A stretch of 64,000 bases of DNA from Anaerolinea sp. Its GTDB lineage: Bacteria; Chloroflexota; Limnocylindria; Limnocylindrales; CSP1-4. Below, piece after piece: positions 1 through 9,198 of this stretch (within the stretch, counting starts at the first letter, position 1; each line of letters starts with the position of its first letter). Location of the stretch: positions 4,723 to 68,722 of the forward strand of contig PNKK01000013.1 in NCBI GenBank assembly GCA_013822395.1, given 5' to 3'. The notes under the pieces were generated by a model. It ran no database searches, had not been told where the DNA came from, and worked only from the letters and a program-made list of their open reading frames with translations. The translations under genes and the position numbers were made by a program.

Positions 1-92
1 ATCCGTGGACCAGGCACGGCGCGTAGCGGCCGAGGGGTGCGGCAGGCGCCAAGCCTGCCCCATGTCCGCGTCGCTCGCGCTACGATCAGCCC

Positions 93-428
93 GTGCCCGA
101 TCCCCGTGACCCCGCCGCCGTCCGTGTCGCCCTCCAGGTGGAGGCTGTGCGCCTCCGCACGGAGATCGGCGAGCCGATCGAGGGACCGGGCCAGATGACG
201 TATGGCTCGCAGGCAGCCGCCGCGACGCACGTCTTCGAGCAGCAGCGGGACCTCGCGCTCCGGGACCGCGAGCGCGCCCAGCTCCGCCAGGTCGAGGAGG
301 CGCTCGAGCGATTGGACGCGGGCACGTACGGGACCTGCCGGAGCTGCGGCCAACAGATCGCTCCGGAGCGGCTGGCGGCGATCCCCTGGGCGGCAGCCTG
401 CATCGACTGCGCCCGGGCGGCGCGGTGA
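93..428 (+). CDS. TraR/DksA-family C4-type zinc-finger protein
   Basis: 111-aa ORF. C-terminal CRSC-x17-CIDC four-cysteine finger follows a helical region, as in DksA/TraR. Stop overlaps the next start (GTGA). Confidence 0.75.
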   Translation: MPDPRDPAAVRVALQVEAVRLRTEIGEPIEGPGQMTYGSQAAAATHVFEQQRDLALRDRERAQLRQVEEALERLDAGTYGTCRSCGQQIAPERLAAIPWAAACIDCARAAR

Positions 429-1411
429 GCGATCCCCTCGTCGGGATCGAGGCCATCCGCGAGGCGGCCGCCAGGCTTCGCGGGGTCGCGGTCCGAACCC
501 CGCTCGTTGTCTTCTCGGCCGGGCCGCCGCGCATCCTCCTGAAGGCAGAGTCCCTCCAGCCGACCGGCGCGTTCAAGATCCGCGGCGCCTACAACGCGAT
601 CGCCCAGCTGACCGCCACGGAGCGTCGCCGCGGGGTCGTCACCCACTCATCCGGAAACCATGCCCAGGGGGTGGCGAGGGCAGCGCGCCTGCTGGGGACG
701 AGCGCGGTGGTCGTGATGCCGTCGGACGCCCCGTCGGTCAAGCGTGCGCGGGTGGAGGCGGACGGCGCCGAGGTGGTGACGGTCGGTGTCGAGAGCGGCG
801 CCCGAGAGGTGATGGCCCAGCGACTCGTCGAGGAGCGTGGCCTCGTCCTCGTGCCCCCCTACGACCACGATCGGATCATCGCGGGCCAGGGAACGTGCGG
901 CCTCGAGATCGCGGAGGACGTCCAGGACCTGGCCCTCGTCCTCGTCCCGATCGGCGGCGGCGGGCTCGCCAGCGGCGTGGCCGCCGCCGTCAAGGCGCTC
1001 CGGCCGGGGGCGCGCGTGATGGGCGTGGAGCCGGAGCTCGCCGCGGACGCGGCCGAGTCGCTGCGCGAGGACCGGATCGTCCGCTGGGACGGCGCCCTGA
1101 CCGCGCGGACGATCGCCGACGGGGCGCGGACGCAGGCGATCGGGAGGCGCCCGTTCGAGCATCTGTCACGCCTGCTCGACGGCGTGATCACGGTGACGGA
1201 GGCTGAGATCGCCGCCGCGGTCCGCCTGGCGGCGGAGGAGAGCCGGCTCGTGGTCGAGCCGTCCGGTGCGCTGTCGATCGCCGCCGTGCGGTTCCGCGCC
1301 CACGAGCTGGACCTGGCCGCCCTCGACGGCGTGGTCGTCGCGGTGGTCAGTGGCGGGAATGTGGACCCGGCGCAGTACCGGGAGTTGCTCACCTCGCCCG
1401 TCCCGAACTGA
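425..1411 (+). CDS. PLP-dependent threonine/serine dehydratase (threonine ammonia-lyase family)
   Basis: 328 aa. PLP-lysine motif TGAFKIRGA, SSGNHAQG, glycine loop IGGGGL. Fold-type II PLP enzyme pattern. Confidence 0.85.
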   Translation: MSDPLVGIEAIREAAARLRGVAVRTPLVVFSAGPPRILLKAESLQPTGAFKIRGAYNAIAQLTATERRRGVVTHSSGNHAQGVARAARLLGTSAVVVMPSDAPSVKRARVEADGAEVVTVGVESGAREVMAQRLVEERGLVLVPPYDHDRIIAGQGTCGLEIAEDVQDLALVLVPIGGGGLASGVAAAVKALRPGARVMGVEPELAADAAESLREDRIVRWDGALTARTIADGARTQAIGRRPFEHLSRLLDGVITVTEAEIAAAVRLAAEESRLVVEPSGALSIAAVRFRAHELDLAALDGVVVAVVSGGNVDPAQYRELLTSPVPN

Positions 1412-1653
1412 CCGGCACGCGGCGGGGAGCCTCACCGGCGCGCTCCCCGGTCTGCCAGAGCCGCACACCGCGACCAGAGCCGCACACCGCGACATCGCGC
1501 AGCCCCATGCGAGGGGTATCCGGGGACCCGTCATGACAAACGGCCCTCGGTTATCATGTCAAACGGCCTGTCCCTGCGGCGGGCCGCCTTCGCGTCCCGC
1601 CGGACGGTCCGTCCCGCACCGCCGGTATCGTCAGCCCCATCCGAGGACACCCG

Positions 1654-2766
1654 ATGTCGAGTACCCCCAGGAAGCGCCCTGCGCCCGACGCCCTCGTCGC
1701 CGGTGCCGTCGTCGCCATCCTGATCGCGCTCGTCCTCGCCGTCTTTCTGAGCGGCTGGGGCGCCAGTCTCTATCCGCCCGAGGCGGCAACGTCACAGGGT
1801 CGCGAGATCCGGGGGCTGTACGACATCGTCTTCGCGGTCGCCATCGCCATCTTCGTGGTCGTCGAGGGCCTGATCGTCTGGAGCGTCCTGCGCTACCGAC
1901 GCCGGCCGGGTGACAACGAGCTCCCCGCGCAGACGCACGGGAACAACGTCGCCGAGGTCATCTGGACGCTCGTCCCGACGGTGATCGTCCTGTTCCTGTT
2001 CGTCATCTCGTGGCAGACCCTCAACAGCGTCGACGCCGTGAGCGCGCAGCCGGACGTCCGGATCCGTGCCATCGCCGGACAGTTCCAGTGGCAATTCGAG
2101 TACCTCGACGGCAACGGCACCAAGGTCGCGACCCAGCTCGCCCCGGAGTACAACCAGGACACCGGCGAGGGCGGCATGGCCGTCCCGGTGGGCCGGTCCG
2201 TCCAGGTCGCCCTGGACAGCCCGGACGTCATCCACGCGTTTTACGTGCCGAGATTCCTGTTCAAGCGGGACGTCGTTCCCGGTCAGACCAACCGGTTCGA
2301 GTTCACCGTGGATCCGAAGGAGGCCGGCCAGTTCTTCCGCGGGCAATGCGCCGAGCTGTGCGGCGCAGGCCACGGGTCGATGCTGTTCACCGTCCGTGCG
2401 CTGTCTCCGGCCGACTACGACACGTGGCTCCAGGCGCTCATCGCCAAGAGCAACGCCACGCCGGCGCCGCTTCCGAGTGGCACGGTCCTCAACGTCACCG
2501 CCAGAGAGATCGCGTTCGACACGAAGGCGCTCGAGGTCCCCGCGGACACGCCGTTCGCGATCGCCTTCCAGAACCAGGACCCGTCCGGCGTCACCCATGA
2601 CATCGACATCCGAGACGCGAACGGGAACGTCCTCGCGAACCAGGAGCCGATCAACGGCGGGACCTCGACGAACTATACGTACGAAGGTCTCCCGGCCGGG
2701 ACCTACACGTTCATCTGTGCCATCCATCCGATCCCGGCCATGACCGGGACGCTGACGGTCAAGTAA
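1654..2766 (+). CDS. ctaC: cytochrome c oxidase subunit II with fused C-terminal type-1-copper cupredoxin domain
   Basis: 370 aa. N-terminal TM helices. CuA site HAFYVP...CAELCGAGHGSM (CxExCx3Hx2M). An extra roughly 90-aa C-terminal domain carries H...C-x2-H-x4-M (VTHDIDI...FICAIHPIPAMTG), as in plastocyanin/amicyanin. Confidence 0.9.
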   Translation: MSSTPRKRPAPDALVAGAVVAILIALVLAVFLSGWGASLYPPEAATSQGREIRGLYDIVFAVAIAIFVVVEGLIVWSVLRYRRRPGDNELPAQTHGNNVAEVIWTLVPTVIVLFLFVISWQTLNSVDAVSAQPDVRIRAIAGQFQWQFEYLDGNGTKVATQLAPEYNQDTGEGGMAVPVGRSVQVALDSPDVIHAFYVPRFLFKRDVVPGQTNRFEFTVDPKEAGQFFRGQCAELCGAGHGSMLFTVRALSPADYDTWLQALIAKSNATPAPLPSGTVLNVTAREIAFDTKALEVPADTPFAIAFQNQDPSGVTHDIDIRDANGNVLANQEPINGGTSTNYTYEGLPAGTYTFICAIHPIPAMTGTLTVK

Positions 2767-2776
2767 GGAGCCCGGC

Positions 2777-4408
2777 ATGGCGACCCACGCCCTGGCCCCC
2801 GCCCCCGCGACTGCCTCCCGGGGCTGGCTCTACGAGTGGTTGACGACCACCGATCACAAGAAGATCGGGATCATGTACGTCATCAACTCGTTCATCTTCT
2901 TCCTGATCGGCGGCGTGCTGGCGCTCGTCGTCCGGGCGGAGCTCGCCCGGCCCGGCCTCCAGTTCCTCACCGACGAGCGCGTGTACAACCAGATGTTCAC
3001 GATGCACGCGACGTTGATGATCTTCCTGTTCGTCATCCCGATGCTGGCGGGTCTCGGCAACTACGCCGTCCCGCTGATGATCGGGGCGCCGGACATGGCG
3101 TTCCCGCGGATCAACGCCCTGTCGTTCTGGATACTGCCGCTCGGCGGGATCCTCATGATCTCCAGCTTCTTCACGGGCGGCGCGGCGGCGGCCGGCTGGA
3201 CGTCCTACCCGCCGCTCTCCGCGGAGGGTCCCCTCAACTCACCCGGCGCAGGGCAGGACCTGTGGATCGTGTCGCTCATCCTCATCGGGACCAGCTCCAT
3301 CCTCGGCGCGATCAACTTCCTCGTCACGATCTTCAAGATGCGCGCCCCGGGCATGACGCTCTTCCGGATGCCGATCATGGTCTGGACGATCCTCGTGACG
3401 AGCGTCCTGGTCCTCATGGCCACGCCGGTCATCACGAGCGCGCTCGTGATGCTGTTCATCGACCGGAACTATGGCGGCACCTTCTTCGACCCGTCCGGCG
3501 GCGGCAGCGCGATCCTCTACCAGAACATCTTCTGGTTCTACTCGCATCCGGCGGTCTACGTGATGATCCTGCCGGCGATGGGCGTGATCAGCGAGATCCT
3601 GCCCGTCTTCAGCCGGAAGCCCCTCTTCGGCTACAAGGCCTTCGTTTTCGCGACGGCGGCCATCGGCGCTCTCGGATTCTCCGTGTGGGCCCACCACATG
3701 TTCACCACCGGCTCGGTCTTCCTGCCGTTCTTCAGCCTCCTGACGTTCATGATCGCGGTCCCGACCGGCGTGAAGATGTTCAACTGGGTCTTCACGTTGT
3801 TCCGGGGTCAGCTGACGTTCTCGACGCCACTGATCTTCGCCATCGGGTTCCTGACGATGTTCCTCATCGGCGGGATCAACGGTGCCTTCAGCGCATCCGT
3901 CCCGGTCGACTTCGCACTCCACGACACGTACTGGATCGTCGCTCACATCCACTACGTGCTCTTCGGCGGTTCCGTCTTCGGGATCTTCGCGGGGCTCTAT
4001 TACTGGTTCCCCAAGATGACCGGCCGGATGCTGGACGAGGGCCTCGGCAAGATCCAGTTCGTCCTGATGTTCGTCGGATTCAACCTGACGTTCTTCCCGA
4101 TGCACATGCTCGGCATCCAGGGCATGCCGCGCCGCATCGCCGACTACGCCGCGGAAGCCGGCTGGAACGACTGGAACATGGCCGCGACCATCGGCGGGTT
4201 CGTGATCGCCGCCTCGATCCTCCCGTTCATCTGGAACGTCTTCGTGTCGCTCCGGGGCGGGAAGGTCGCCGGCGACGACCCCTGGGAGGCGAACACGCTC
4301 GAGTGGGCGACGTCCTCGCCGCCGCCGCCCTACAACTTCGACCAGCTGCCGGAGATCCGCTCCGAGCGGCCGCTGTTCGACGCCCGCCACGGGCGTGCCG
4401 GGCACTGA
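2777..4408 (+). CDS. ctaD: cytochrome c oxidase subunit I
   Basis: 543 aa, 12-TM pattern. Motifs WFYSHPAVYVMILP, WAHHMF, HDTYWIVAHIHYVLFGG. Confidence 0.95.
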   Translation: MATHALAPAPATASRGWLYEWLTTTDHKKIGIMYVINSFIFFLIGGVLALVVRAELARPGLQFLTDERVYNQMFTMHATLMIFLFVIPMLAGLGNYAVPLMIGAPDMAFPRINALSFWILPLGGILMISSFFTGGAAAAGWTSYPPLSAEGPLNSPGAGQDLWIVSLILIGTSSILGAINFLVTIFKMRAPGMTLFRMPIMVWTILVTSVLVLMATPVITSALVMLFIDRNYGGTFFDPSGGGSAILYQNIFWFYSHPAVYVMILPAMGVISEILPVFSRKPLFGYKAFVFATAAIGALGFSVWAHHMFTTGSVFLPFFSLLTFMIAVPTGVKMFNWVFTLFRGQLTFSTPLIFAIGFLTMFLIGGINGAFSASVPVDFALHDTYWIVAHIHYVLFGGSVFGIFAGLYYWFPKMTGRMLDEGLGKIQFVLMFVGFNLTFFPMHMLGIQGMPRRIADYAAEAGWNDWNMAATIGGFVIAASILPFIWNVFVSLRGGKVAGDDPWEANTLEWATSSPPPPYNFDQLPEIRSERPLFDARHGRAGH

Positions 4409-5051
4409 GGGAGAGCCGACGACCGTGACTGCCGACAGCCACGCCCTCGCGACCGCCGAGCACACTCCCATCGCGGGACTCGCCCACGACCGCCGCGGGA
4501 TCAGCAACCCGATCCTCGGGATGATCCTGTTCATCACCTCCGAGGTGATGTTCTTTGCCGGCCTCTTCGCCGCCTACTTCAGCACCCGCGCCGCGAACAG
4601 GCCCTGGCCACCGGAGGAGTTCGCGGACGTCCTCAACCCGTTCTCGGTCATCCTCGTCGCGACGGCCATCCTCATCGTGAGCTCGTTCACCTGCCAGCTC
4701 GCGATCCGTGCCATCCGGCGCGAGGATCGCCGTGGGTTCATCCGGAACATCGCCGTGACGTTCGTCCTTGGCATCGTCTTCCTCCTCCTCCAGGCGTACG
4801 ACTACAGCATCCTGTTCGAGGAGGGGATGACGATGGGGTCCGGCCCGTTCGGGACGACGTACTTCACGCTCACCGCCTTCCACGGCGCCCACGTCTTCGG
4901 CGGCGTGATCATGCTCGGGGTCATCCTGTATCGTGGCATGGCCGGCCAGTTCTCGGCCCGCCACCACGACGCGGTGGAGGCGACGTCCCTGTACTGGCAT
5001 TTCGTCGACGTGGTCTGGATCCTGCTCTTCTCGATCCTCTACTTCCTGTAA
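4395..5051 (+). CDS. ctaE: cytochrome c oxidase subunit III
   Basis: 218 aa polytopic membrane protein. ILFITSEVMFFAGLFAAYF and YWHFVDVVWILLF are subunit III signatures. Overlaps the ctaD stop. Start could be slightly downstream. Confidence 0.85.
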   Translation: MPGTEGEPTTVTADSHALATAEHTPIAGLAHDRRGISNPILGMILFITSEVMFFAGLFAAYFSTRAANRPWPPEEFADVLNPFSVILVATAILIVSSFTCQLAIRAIRREDRRGFIRNIAVTFVLGIVFLLLQAYDYSILFEEGMTMGSGPFGTTYFTLTAFHGAHVFGGVIMLGVILYRGMAGQFSARHHDAVEATSLYWHFVDVVWILLFSILYFL

Positions 5052-5064
5052 CGGGGCAGCGCGA

Positions 5065-5259
5065 ATGCATCCGATCCGGCATCCCCGCAACGTCGTCGTC
5101 ATCGGCGGTGCCTTCGTCATCGTCGCGGCGCTCTACGCGCTCGGCGCGGTACCGCTGGGCTACAACATCGAGTGGGCCGGGGTCACGATGCTCGCGGCCC
5201 TCGGCATCGCGATGTCGCTCATGGCGTACATCCTGATCGCCGGCTCGTCCAGGGACTGA
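5065..5259 (+). CDS. small two-TM membrane protein, possible oxidase subunit IV-like
   Basis: ATG at 5065 inside ORF 4933..5259 gives a 64-aa protein (MHPIRHPRNVVVIGGAFVIVAALYALG...) with two hydrophobic helices. The position after ctaE matches small oxidase subunits. No diagnostic motif. Confidence 0.4.
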   Translation: MHPIRHPRNVVVIGGAFVIVAALYALGAVPLGYNIEWAGVTMLAALGIAMSLMAYILIAGSSRD

Positions 5260-5275
5260 GGCCGCTCCGGGTCGC

Positions 5276-6343
5276 ATGGAAGGACTCTGGCAGTCGATTC
5301 TTGAGCTCATCTCCAGGCTCGTCATCCCCGACTGGGGCGAGCTGATCGGGCTGTTGCCGCTCGGGCTGGCCGGGCTCGTCGTGCTCTGGTTCACGTGGAC
5401 GATCCGCCGGTTCGCGACCGCCGGTCCCACGCGCCGCGCCCCCGCGCGGCTCACGCCGATCGCCCCGCCGGGCATCCACATGCCGGGCCCGTCCTACGCG
5501 CCCATCCTCGCCGCTGTTGGTTCCGCCGCGCTCTTGTGGGGCCTGGTGGTCGGCGGGAACGCGCTCCTCGTCGGGGCGACCATCCTCGTCTTCACGCTCC
5601 TGTACTGGGGCCGCGAGGCCATCCGCGACTACGACCATGCGACACACACGGAGACGCTCCCTGCGGTCGTCCACCCCGGCCCGCCGCCCGGGGTCCACAT
5701 GCCCGGCCCGTCGTTCCGGCCACTCCTCGGCGCGATCGGGGCGACCGCACTGATGGCCGGTCTCGTCGCGGGCGGCTGGGTCCTCGCCGCCGGCGCGATC
5801 ATCCTCGTCGTCACCCTGATCGGCTGGCTCGTCGATGCCCGGGAGGAGTACGGCAAGACGGAGAAGGCGGACCGGACCGGGCACCTCGAGAACATCCCCG
5901 CCCCCGGCTGGCCGCGCCGCCTCCTCCAGGGCATCGCGGTTGTCTTCGTCCTCGCGGTGCTCGTCCAGACCGGCGTCATCCCGCCCAGGGGCACGGACAC
6001 GACCGGGGGGGTCGAGAGCTCGCCTGCGCCGTCCGGTGGCGGCGGTGCACCAGGGACCGCCTTCACGGTCGTCGCGAAGGACATCGCCTTCGACGCGAGC
6101 ACCCTGGTCGTCCCGGCGAATACACCGTTCACGATCCAGTTCGAGAACCAGGACCCGTCGGGGGTGGTTCACGACATCGACATTCGAGCAGCGGACGGGA
6201 CGACCGTCGTCAAGGACCAGGAGATCGTGAACGGCGGCGTGTCGACGACCTACAGCTATGACGGACTGCCGGCCGGCGAATACATCTTCATCTGCTCGAT
6301 CCACCCCATCCCGCAAATGACCGGGACGCTCACCGTCAAGTAG
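5276..6343 (+). CDS. membrane protein with duplicated HMPGPS two-helix module and C-terminal type-1-copper cupredoxin domain
   Basis: 355 aa. N-terminal TM. Two copies of PPG(I/V)HMPGPS(Y/F)xP(I/L)L..G plus TM pairs. The C-terminal domain (FTIQFENQDPSGVVHDIDI...FICSIHPIPQMTGTLTVK) is closely paralogous to the ctaC C-terminus. Confidence 0.75.
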   Translation: MEGLWQSILELISRLVIPDWGELIGLLPLGLAGLVVLWFTWTIRRFATAGPTRRAPARLTPIAPPGIHMPGPSYAPILAAVGSAALLWGLVVGGNALLVGATILVFTLLYWGREAIRDYDHATHTETLPAVVHPGPPPGVHMPGPSFRPLLGAIGATALMAGLVAGGWVLAAGAIILVVTLIGWLVDAREEYGKTEKADRTGHLENIPAPGWPRRLLQGIAVVFVLAVLVQTGVIPPRGTDTTGGVESSPAPSGGGGAPGTAFTVVAKDIAFDASTLVVPANTPFTIQFENQDPSGVVHDIDIRAADGTTVVKDQEIVNGGVSTTYSYDGLPAGEYIFICSIHPIPQMTGTLTVK

Positions 6344-6403
6344 GGAGCCGGTCACGGCTGCTCGAATCGCTCCACGCCGCCGACACGACCGCGCGACCGC
6401 CCC

Positions 6404-7372
6404 GTGACGTCGTCGGTGACCCCGTCCATAGCGCTCGAGGGCGTTGTCAAGCGCTATGGATCACGAACCGTCCTCGACGGCGTCTCGCTTGCGGTACGCC
6501 CGGGCGAGCTCGTGGCGCTCCTCGGTCCGAACGGCGCCGGCAAGACCACGGCGGTCGAGATCCTGGAGGGCTATCGAACGGCCGACGGCGGCGTGGTCCG
6601 TGTCCTCGGGGAGGATCCGCGGCATGGCGGGCCTGCGCTCAAGGCGCGGGTGGGGATGATGCTCCAGGACGGCGGCCTGGACCCGCGCTCCACGCCGGGC
6701 GACGTACTCCGGCTGTATGCCCGATTCCACGAGGGCGCGCGGGAGCCTGACAAGCTCCTGGAGTCGGTCGGGCTCGCAACCGTCGCGCGGACCCGTGTAC
6801 GGCGACTCTCCGGTGGAGAGCGGCAGCGCCTCGCGCTCGCCCTTGCGCTCGTGGGCGACCCGGAGGTCCTCCTTCTCGACGAGCCCACCGCGGGGATGGA
6901 CCCGGAGGCTCGACGGACGACCCGGGCGTTGATCGGCGGCCTCCGTGCAGAGGGCCGGGCCATCCTCCTCACGACGCACGATCTCGGCGACGTGGAGCGC
7001 CTCGCGGACCGGGTGGCAATTCTCCACGGCGGCCGGATCGTGGCGGGCGGGACGCCGGCCGAGCTGGCCGCCGGCGCAATGCCGAGGCTCCGATTTCGGC
7101 TGGCGCGCGCCCTCGATCCGGTGGAGCTCACCGGGTTGGGGGCGGCGCTCGCGGTCACGGCGTCGGGGGCAACCCTTGTCGCCGAGCCTGGCGAGGCGCC
7201 CGGGGCCTTCCGCGTCGAGGGTGCGGCGCCGGATCCCGCGCTCCTGGCCGCGCTCGCGACATGGTGCGCGGGCGCCAGGATCCAGATCGCGATCCTGTGG
7301 GCGACGGCGGCCACGCTCGAGGAGCGGTACCTGGAGCTGACCGGCGATCGGCACGTGGAGGCGGTCGAGTGA
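6404..7372 (+). CDS. ABC transporter ATP-binding protein (DrrA/ABC-2 type)
   Basis: Walker A GPNGAGKTT, signature LSGGERQRLALA, Walker B LLLDEPTAGMD. Confidence 0.9.
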   Translation: MTSSVTPSIALEGVVKRYGSRTVLDGVSLAVRPGELVALLGPNGAGKTTAVEILEGYRTADGGVVRVLGEDPRHGGPALKARVGMMLQDGGLDPRSTPGDVLRLYARFHEGAREPDKLLESVGLATVARTRVRRLSGGERQRLALALALVGDPEVLLLDEPTAGMDPEARRTTRALIGGLRAEGRAILLTTHDLGDVERLADRVAILHGGRIVAGGTPAELAAGAMPRLRFRLARALDPVELTGLGAALAVTASGATLVAEPGEAPGAFRVEGAAPDPALLAALATWCAGARIQIAILWATAATLEERYLELTGDRHVEAVE

Positions 7373-8118
7373 GCCGACCGGCGTCACCGGTCCGGGCGAC
7401 CGTCGCGCTCGCGGCCCTGGAGATGCGTCTCACCGCGCGTCGCGGGGAGAACGTCCTCGTGACCCTCGTGATCCCGCCCGCCGTGCTCGTCTTCTTCGCG
7501 ACCGTCGGAATCGTGCCCGGGATCGCCGGCCGGCCGGTGGACTTCTTCCTTCCAGGGACGCTCGCGCTCGCCGTGATCGCGAGCGGCCTCGTGAGCCTTG
7601 GCATCGCGACCGCCTACGAGCGGGGCTACGGCGTGCTCAAACGGCTCGGCGGCTCCCCGCTCCCCCGCTGGGGGCTCGTGGCCGCCAAGCTGGCCGCGGT
7701 CCTCGCGCTCGAGCTGCTCCAGATGGCGCTCCTGCTCGTCGTGGCGATGACTGTCCTCGGCTGGCGGGCCCCGACCGGGACGTCGATTCCCATCTTCGCG
7801 GCTGCCCTGCTGTCTGGAACACTCGCCTTCGCCGGGCTGGGCCTGCTCCTCGCCGGAACACTCCGCGCCGAGGCGACGCTCGCGCTCGCCAACGGCCTCT
7901 TCCTCCTGTTCCTGATGGTCGGTGGAGTCGTCCTCCCCGTGGACCGCCTCCCGGCGCCGCTGGACGCCCTTGCCGCCGTTCTGCCCGCGGCCGCGCTCGC
8001 CGACGCCTTCCGGTCGGCGCTCGGCAGCGGGCAGAACCCAGCCGGCTCGCTCCTCGTCCTCGGCGTGTGGGGCGCGGCGACGGCGGGCCTGGCCATCCGC
8101 ACCTTCCGCTGGGAGTAG
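7369..8118 (+). CDS. ABC-2 type transporter permease
   Basis: GTG at 7369 overlaps the upstream stop (GTGA). About 249 aa, six hydrophobic segments. Paired with the preceding ATPase. The ORF-track start at 7261 lies inside the previous gene. Confidence 0.8.
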   Translation: MSRPASPVRATVALAALEMRLTARRGENVLVTLVIPPAVLVFFATVGIVPGIAGRPVDFFLPGTLALAVIASGLVSLGIATAYERGYGVLKRLGGSPLPRWGLVAAKLAAVLALELLQMALLLVVAMTVLGWRAPTGTSIPIFAAALLSGTLAFAGLGLLLAGTLRAEATLALANGLFLLFLMVGGVVLPVDRLPAPLDALAAVLPAAALADAFRSALGSGQNPAGSLLVLGVWGAATAGLAIRTFRWE

Positions 8119-8220
8119 CCTTCCGCTGGGATTTCCGCTGGGAGCAGTCCCGGCGATCGCCCGTATACTCACCTCCCATCTCCTCCTCGCCCGCCACCTT
8201 CCCGCGTCCCCGGAGGTCCA

Positions 8221-9198
8221 ATGCGCGCGATCCTGGCCGAGGGTCTGGTCAAGATCTACCGAACCCGTGGAGCGCAGGTCCGCGCTCTCGACGGCGTCGA
8301 TCTCGAGGTCGAGGAAGGCACGGTCCTGGGCCTTCTTGGGCCGAACGGCGCCGGCAAGACCACGACGGTCCGGATCCTCGCGACGCTCCTCCGCCCCGAC
8401 GCCGGCCACGCCACGGTCGCCGGCTTCGACGTCGTCCGCCAGGCACAGGAGCTCCGGTCGGTGATCGGGCTGTCCGGCCAGTACGCCGCCGTCGACGAGA
8501 ATCTGACGGGACGCGAGAACCTCTGGATGTTCGGGCGGCTCTACCAGCTGCCGTCGGCCGAGTCGCGTCGTCGAGCCGGTGGTCTCCTCGAGCAGTTCGA
8601 CCTCGCGGACGCCGCCGATCGGGTCGTGAAGACGTACTCCGGCGGCATGCGCCGCCGGCTCGACCTCGCGAGCGCTCTCATCGGACGGCCGCGCCTGCTC
8701 TTCCTCGACGAGCCGACAACCGGCCTGGACCCGCGCAGCCGCCTGGGGATGTGGGACGTGATCCGTGGCCTCGTCCGGGACGGGACGACGCTGCTGCTGA
8801 CGACGCAGTACCTCGAGGAGGCCGACGAGCTGGCCGACTCGATCGCGGTCATCGACCACGGCCGCGTCATCGCCCGAGGGACCGCGGACGAGCTGAAGTC
8901 GCAGGTCGGCGGAGAGCGGATCGAGGTGGTCGTCCGCGACCGGGCAGACCTCAACCGTGCCGAGGAGGTCCTCGCCCGCGACGGCTCGGGCCAGTGGACG
9001 CTCGACGAGCACACCCGAAAGCTGACCGTGCCCGCGATCGGCGGCGCCGCCAAGCTGATGGAGGTGGTCCGCGACCTCGGTGAGGCGGGGGTGGAGATCG
9101 ACGACATCGCGCTCCGCCGGCCGACCCTCGACGACGTCTTCCTCGCGCTCACCGGCCACGCGGCGGCGGCCGACGACCGCCCGGGGGCGGCGGCATGA
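8221..9198 (+). CDS. ABC transporter ATP-binding protein (daunorubicin-resistance DrrA-like)
   Basis: GPNGAGKTTT, YSGGMRRRLDLA, LFLDEPTTGLD. C-terminal extension typical of DrrA-like ATPases. Confidence 0.9.
   Translation: MRAILAEGLVKIYRTRGAQVRALDGVDLEVEEGTVLGLLGPNGAGKTTTVRILATLLRPDAGHATVAGFDVVRQAQELRSVIGLSGQYAAVDENLTGRENLWMFGRLYQLPSAESRRRAGGLLEQFDLADAADRVVKTYSGGMRRRLDLASALIGRPRLLFLDEPTTGLDPRSRLGMWDVIRGLVRDGTTLLLTTQYLEEADELADSIAVIDHGRVIARGTADELKSQVGGERIEVVVRDRADLNRAEEVLARDGSGQWTLDEHTRKLTVPAIGGAAKLMEVVRDLGEAGVEIDDIALRRPTLDDVFLALTGHAAAADDRPGAAA

Noticed and set aside
86-646. A 186-aa minus-strand ORF at the window start, and the 334-aa plus ORF 202-1206
   Set aside because: Both overlap the DksA-like and dehydratase genes in other frames. 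Both are Arg/Ser/Gly-rich without motifs.
7384-9159. 591-aa ORF on the minus strand, antisense to the ABC genes
   Set aside because: The translation is Arg/Gly/Pro/Glu-rich low-complexity with no motifs. The opposite strand encodes clear Walker A/B ABC proteins. This is a typical shadow ORF of GC-rich DNA.
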